Positions 21,312-26,989 of a stretch of 26,989 nucleotides of DNA are shown piece by piece. A model generated the notes under the pieces. That model searched no databases and was not told the DNA's origin. It saw only the letters and a list, made by a program, of their open reading frames with translations. A program made the translations under genes and the position numbers. The stretch lies in the NCBI RefSeq assembly GCF_004010195.1, contig NC_057719.1, forward strand, positions 65,599,634 through 65,626,622, in the 5' to 3' direction. The stretch is from Chiloscyllium plagiosum. Lineage: Eukaryota. The first letter of the stretch is position 1; each line of letters starts with the position of its first letter.

Positions 21312-22653
21312 TTATGACATGTGGCAGCCACATCGACTATTGGGTTTGGAGGACAGTGGATAGTGCTCAAAGAGTGGGAGGTAGAAACACTTTTACAGAG
21401 TCCCAAGACATATATCTTCAAGTTCCATCACAATTCTCATAGTTCAACCGTACTTACAGCTACCATTCTTCTATAGAGCACTATGGTACATTGAGGCATT
21501 TAAGGCCAAAGTTAAACTACCTGTCATGGTATCCTATTATAGATGCTAGTCATATTGGCACCATGTGTGCAAGGCCTCACAGACTCATTTAATTGACATA
21601 TTCCAAGTTCGCAGAATTGGCCACATTAATAATGTTGCACTTCATTGCAATACAGAAAGATAATTGGTTTATTAAAAAACTTAGAAGGTGCCAAATCGTA
21701 ATTATGTTACAAGTGAAACAAGCAATTACAATTGCTTACATAATTACACCAAATATTAAAATATAAGTACAGTATAAAATAATAACAGGACTGAGCAATT
21801 ATCAGCATTACAGTCCACTAATAATTGCTACTCATTGCAAAATGCAAGTCTCCTTAATTGATAGAATAGAAACAGAAAGTCTATGGCATTGTACATTGTA
21901 ATGGCATCCATTATATCACATATTGCCAGATTGAGCAACTTAAACTTTCAATCATTTGCATTTTATTTATGAATATTATAAAGTAGGGAATGAGGCTGTC
22001 TTATAGTCTTTTCATTGTATAATTTGTTCACGACAAGCTATCTTTTCTCTTTAATTCCACTACACCGTTATATTGTATGGCTGTGGTGAGAGAAAGTAAC
22101 AAGCAGAGGTGGGATTGCAACATTTTCTGGTGAAGTCCTGACAGAGTGTTTCTGTCTTTCAGAAAGGGAGCACATACTTGTGTCAGAGTAGTTCATGCTT
22201 TAACTTGGATCAGTTTCAGTGCTTGACTCTGAACACTTTTGAGCTTGTTCACATACTATTTGATAAGTCAACAGTATCACCATGCTCGTGCTTGAGTTGA
22301 TTTCCTCCATTCTGTCTGCAGTTTGGCCAGTTGCTTTGAAGATCTGTTATTGCATCCTACATTCTTTGCTGTTCCTCAATGATTCTTCTATTAATCAGTG
22401 GCTGTAGGGTACAATATCTGTGTCCAACTGAGACAAGCTTAGTGTTGTACAGAACATTACAACACTTGAGCGACCTTGCAATGATGTAATGGAGATGCAA
22501 ATTATTGCGAATAAATATCACAGAGTGAATGGAGTTAGAACACTGAAAGAGCACCAGAGGCTACACCAGACTACACTTGAACTCTCTTCTCTCTTGACAG
22601 TACTCTGAGAGCAAACAGACATGAACACCCAAAGAAGGTAGATTGATCCTTAC

Positions 22654-23387
22654 TGTTACGAAGGTATAGGTGTGTACTGTACTGTTAAGAGAGAGTGGAA
22701 GCTGGTATAGACCTAGAGATGCACAGACCTAGAGAGGCACAGACTATGCTGAAAAATTTAAAATGTAACATTTGGTTATGAAACAAATAGCTGGAGCTGC
22801 ATTGCAATGATACACAACAAATTTGAATTTGGTCAATCAATTTAAATTATGCCCCAAGATACCAAAATCAAATCAAATTTGAATTTGGTCATGTTTAGGT
22901 GACATCAAACCAATGAGACGGTCCGATGTTTTGGAGTACATAAAATCGGACATTTTGAACAGTTAGTGAGAGTGGCAAAGAACACCAACCAATGAAGATA
23001 TGGCCTGCAAAGCCTCCCTCTGAAAGGTACCTTTTCATACAAAAGTGGTGAAGCAGAAGACTGAAAAAAAGACACAGAAAAGTACAGACAAAGATACCAG
23101 GGGAACTGGCTGGTTTTGAAACTTTTTTTTGTAAATCTTAACTGGGGTTTTTATCAGACTAGTATTGTAGAGTGGAAGATAAAAGTAGCTTAAGAGAAAC
23201 GAGTTGTAAATAGTTGTTGTCTAATGTTGTCTTTTGGACTTAAAGAATAAAATTATTAACTTTTTCTTTAAATAGTGATATTTGGGATAATTCTTCACCT
23301 CTCGAAATTTAACAGATTACGAGGCAAGGTGAGTTTTTCTGTGTGTCTGGTTTAAGTTAGCAGAGGGGCTTACCTTGTGTCATACCA
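22654..23387 (+). mobile_element. LTR of a tRNA-Pro-primed LTR retrotransposon/ERV
   Basis: Starts TGTTACGA and ends TCATACCA (TCATAACA in the inverted copy), giving TG...CA inverted termini. AATAAA at 23246-23251. 18-bp direct repeat CAAATTTGAATTTGGTCA at 22818-22835 and 22874-22891. Followed after 3 nt by a PBS. Confidence 0.8.
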
Positions 23388-23390
23388 GTT

Positions 23391-23425
23391 TGGGGGCTCA
23401 TCCAGGATCTGAACCTGGGACCTCT
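23391..23425 (+). promoter_or_regulatory. Primer-binding site complementary to tRNA-Pro 3' end, extended to 35 nt
   Basis: TGGGGGCTCATCCAGGAT matches the canonical Pro PBS TGGGGGCTCGTCCGGGAT (two CpG transitions). It continues CTGAACCTGGGACCTCT versus the tRNA-Pro complement TTGAACCCGGGACCTCT; 31/35 match to vertebrate tRNA-Pro as recalled. Confidence 0.85.
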
Positions 23426-23678
23426 TACAATTTTAACAGCCATTTCTCTCACTTTTAATTTAACCTACCACAAGTAACCGAAATTAAACAAACTGTCTCA
23501 CCTAAGTTTTATTTAAAGATCTCGGACTCTAACCAGCAAGGACTTTAATCTACTGGGCTTTTTTCATATTCCAATCTATTGAGATTTGACCAAATATCAG
23601 CCTGGATCTGTCTAAACCCATTCAAATCTCAGGCGAGAGGCCCCAAACTGTTATGACACAGGGTAAACCCTCTGCTAA
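23426..23678 (-). mobile_element. Inverted fragment of the same LTR element: last 30 nt of U5 + PBS + 5' leader to a candidate gag ATG
   Basis: Revcomp of 23641-23678 (TTAGCAGAGGGTTTACCCTGTGTCATAACAGTTTGGGG) matches 23357-23395. A degenerate PBS lies at 23621-23645, and GAAATGGCT (ATG at 23443-23441) sits just before the junction. Confidence 0.75.
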
Positions 23679-23734
23679 GGAACTATAAGCTACAGTCTTC
23701 TCGTATTTCGGCGAAGCGTCATTTCATCCAGATT

Positions 23735-23847
23735 CAAAAATTACAGCATTTAAAAGGCATCTGGATGGCTATATGAATAGGAAGGGTTTAGACAGATATG
23801 GGCTAAATGCTGGCAAATGGGGTGAGATTAGTCTAGGATATCTGGTG
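23735..23847 (+). mobile_element. Short CR1 3' fragment
   Basis: CATTTAAAAGGCATCTGGATGG...TGCTGGCAAATGGG...GGATATCTGGT aligns to 12528-12622. Confidence 0.85.
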
Positions 23848-24056
23848 TAGTGAGTTTACTCAAGCAATTGTCCCAAACTCGTCTCCTTCAATACCTACCT
23901 CATCCCTCTGGTGCCCATCATGTCCAATGCTAACCCAATTCTCCCACTAATTGTAGCTGGAAGTACTCACCACAGTCAGTATCCCTGGCATTAGCATCAT
24001 ATTTAAAAGGATGAAGTACACTCTGTCAAGCACTGGAATTCCCCAGCTGCCCTGCA

Positions 24057-24262
24057 ATGCCTGCAAGAAGTCTCTTAAATACAACGGCACAGAAGGTTAC
24101 ATTGGCACCCCACTTAACAGACAAGAACCTAGAGGTCCTGGTGGAGAAGGTGGTAAAGAGGAGGGCTGTTCTCTTTTCTGAGGAGGTTGTGCCAGCCCAG
24201 ACCAAGGTCACCACCTGGATCAGTGCAGACTTCACAGTTCAGAGGAATGTCCAGTAATGCTA
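24057..24262 (+). pseudogene. Probable Myb/SANT-like (PIF/Harbinger accessory protein-type) relic
   Basis: APHLTDKNLEVLVEKVVKRRAVLF...W...QRNVQ*C resembles the (F)SxxELxxLVxxVxxRxxxLF...W...RxxxQC pattern of Myb/SANT-like trihelix domains. Truncated by a stop. Confidence 0.45.
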
Positions 24263-24474
24263 CCATGTTCTCTCTGCTACCTCACACTCACGTTATCTCA
24301 GTTAACATACTCAGCTCTCACCATGGTTCATGTTCTACCACTCGCAATATTGAATGAGGAGATGCAGAGACATCCATGTCCTGGAAACCTACTAACAAGT
24401 ATTATCTATTGTTGTGTAACTCTGCCATTCCCTGCACTGTGAATGTGTCCCTAACCTGCCACTACTTCTCCTCC

Positions 24475-24716
24475 ACCACACTACACACACTCTCTGTCTC
24501 TCTCATTCACACACAAAATCTCTCTCTCACACACATATTCTTTCTCACACACACACGAGCACACACTCTGTCTCTCTCTCTCTCACTCACACCTTCTCCC
24601 TATTTCTCACTCACACACACACACACTAACATATGCACACATGAGCACACACATTCCCAAATGCAAACACACGCATACACACACACGATCTCTCTCTCTA
24701 ACATATACACACACCC
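24475..24716. repeat. Degenerate compound (CA)n/(CT)n microsatellite
   Basis: Alternating CACACA and CTCTCT tracts seen directly. Confidence 0.9.
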
Positions 24717-24962
24717 AATTATTTCATACAAAATTCTTCTCTGTCAAAAAAGTAAAATCAGACCTCAGCTTAAAATATGGTTTCGTTGTGAGGTCTCATG
24801 TTTAAAGTGCATTATCTAACCTGAAATGTCACCTCTTCTACATTGATAAAACCTTTAATTATCTAGGGACAAAGACTTGAAAGGAATCTGGATTTTGCAT
24901 TTTAATCAGCAATCTATCTTCTAACTGACTAAAGGATTCAACAAGGGCAGCCAGCTTTAAAG

Positions 24963-26989
24963 TTATAGAGTCATAGAGTCATAGAGATGTACAGCATGGA
25001 AACAGACTCTTCAGCCCAACCTGTCCACACCGACCAGATATCCCAACCCAATCTAGCCCCACCTGCCAGCACCTGGCCCATATCCCTCCAAACCCTTCCT
25101 ATTCATATACCCATCCAAATGCTTCTTAAATGTTGCAATTGTACCAACCTCCGCCACATCCTCTGACAGCTCATTCCATACATGTACCACCCTCTGCTTG
25201 AAAAAGTTGCCCCTTATGTCTCTTTTATACCTTTCCCCTCTCACCCTAAACCTATGCCCTCTAGCTCTGGATTCCCCGATCCCAGGGAAAAGACTTTGCC
25301 TATTTACTCGATCCATGATCCTCATAATTTTGCAAACCTCTATAAGGTCACCCCTAGCCTCCGACGCTCCAGGGAAAACAGCCCAACCTGTTCAGCCTCT
25401 CCCCATAGCTCAAATCCTCCAACCCTGGCAACATCCTTGTAAATCTTTTCTGAACCCTTTCAAGTTAAACACCATCTTTCCGATAGGAAGGAGACCAGAA
25501 TTGCATGCAATATTCCAACAGTGGCCTAACCAATGTCCTGTACATGACCTCTCAACTCCTGTACTCAATACTCTGACCAATAAAAGAAAGCATACCAAAC
25601 GCCTTCTTCACTATCCTATTTATCTGCGACTCCACTTCCACCACCACCCTCTGTCTTCTACATTTGAGCCAGTTCTGTATCCAAATGGCTAGTTCTCCCT
25701 GTATTCCGTGAGAGCTAACCTTGCTTATCAGTCTCCCATGGGAAACCTTGTCGAACGCCTTACTGAAGTCCAAATAGATCACATCTACTGCTCTGCCCTC
25801 ATCAATCTTTTTTGTTACTTCTTCAAAAAACTCAATCAAGTTTGTGAGACACGATTTCCCACACACAAAGCCATGTTGACTATCCCGAATCAGTCCTTGC
25901 CTTTCCAAATACATGTACGTCCTGTCCCTCAGGATTCCCTCCTACAACTTACCCACAACCAAGGTCAGGCTCACCGGTCTATAGTTCCCTGGCTTGTCTT
26001 TACCGCCCTTCTTAAACAGTGGCACCACGTTAGCCAACCTCCAGTCTTCCGGCACCTCACCTGTGTCTATCGATGATATAAATATCTCAGCAAGAGGCCC
26101 AGCAATCACTTCTCTATCTTTCCCACAGAGTTCTAGCATACACTTGATCAGGTCCTGGGGATTTATCCACCTTTAACCGTTTCAAGACATCCAGCACTTC
26201 CTCCTCTGTAATCTGGACATTTTGCAAGATGTCACCATCTATTTCCCTACAGTCTATACCTGCCATATCCTTTTCTACAGTAAATACTGATGCAAAATAT
26301 TCATTTAGTACCTCCCCCATTTTCTGTGGCTCCACACAAAGGCCGCCTTGCTGATCTTTGAGGGGCTCTATTCTCTCCCTAGTTACCCTTTTGCCCTTAA
26401 TATATTTGTAAGAACCCTTTGGATTCTCCTTAATTCTATTTGCCAATGCTATATCATGTCCCCGTTTTGCTCTCCTGATTTCCCTCTTAAGTATACTCCT
26501 ACTTTCTTTATACCATTCTAAGGATTCACTCGATCTATCCTGGCTATACCTGACAGATGCTTTCTTCGTTTTCTTAACCAAACCCTCAATTTCTTTAGTC
26601 ATCTAGCATTCCCTATACCTACCAGCCTTCCCTTTCACCCTGACAGGAATATACTTTCTCTGTATTTTCGTTATCTCATTTCTGAAGACTTCCCATTTTC
26701 CAACCATCTCTTTACCTGCGAACATCTGCCTCCAATCAGCTTTTGAAAGCTCTTGCCGAATGCCGTCAAAATTGGCCTTTCTCCCATTTAGAACTTCAAC
26801 TTTTAGATCTGGTCTTTTCTTTTCCATCGCAATTTTAAAACGAATAGAATTATGGTCGCTGGCCCCAAAGTGCTCCTCCACTGACACCTCAGTCACCTGC
26901 CCTGCCTTATGTCCCAAGAGTAGGTCAAGTTTTGCACCTTCTCTTGTAGGTACATCCACATACTGAATCAGAAAATTGTCTTGTACGCA
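24963..26989 (-). mobile_element. CR1 LINE ORF2 (APE C-terminal part to 3' end), RT core deleted; runs off window end
   Basis: LDLLL/SDHNSI (26603..26959), KSPGPD, PLFKKGGKDKPGNYRPVSLT, SQHGF...DFSKAFDKVSH and C-terminal WNEL. Tail (CTATGACT)n at 24964-24984. Same subfamily as 10282-12687. Confidence 0.96.

Noticed and set aside
23391..23425. tRNA-Pro gene on the - strand
   Set aside because: Only the 3' 35 nt are present, they include the post-transcriptionally added CCA, and they abut an LTR end. This is PBS or primer-derived sequence, not a gene.
24376..24819. 147-aa His/Thr/Leu/Ser-rich ORF
   Set aside because: It is a translation artefact of the CA/CT microsatellite.

Overview
This is eukaryotic, repeat-rich non-coding DNA (intronic or intergenic). 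Its repeat content (HE1-type tRNA SINE, many CR1 LINEs, Penelope-like elements) points to a cartilaginous fish, probably a shark; this is inference. No host protein-coding gene was recognised, and all convincing ORFs are retroelement remnants. Contents: (1) a 5'-truncated Penelope-like element (PLE; RT plus GIY-YIG tail) with a 12-bp TSD and a terminal hammerhead-ribozyme (HHR) motif; (2) about ten CR1 fragments of several subfamilies, two of them long with complementary internal deletions; (3) an L2-like 3' end; (4) an HE1-like SINE; (5) a Harbinger-like Myb/SANT relic; (6) a tRNA-Pro-primed LTR. Two structures stand out. The first is a nested, TSD-bounded fold-back element at 5298-5768 with three minimal HHR motifs, one with an intact core, plus further HHR relics at about 2.5, 14.8 and 18.1 kb. 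The second is an LTR junction at 22654-23678. There the tRNA-Pro complement runs 35 nt rather than 18, its only non-CpG mismatch lies opposite tRNA A58, and it is fused head-to-head to an inverted U5-PBS-leader copy, resembling a fossilised aberrant reverse-transcription product. An assembly gap (N) spans 2093-2275. Family names come from motif recognition and recall, not database searches.
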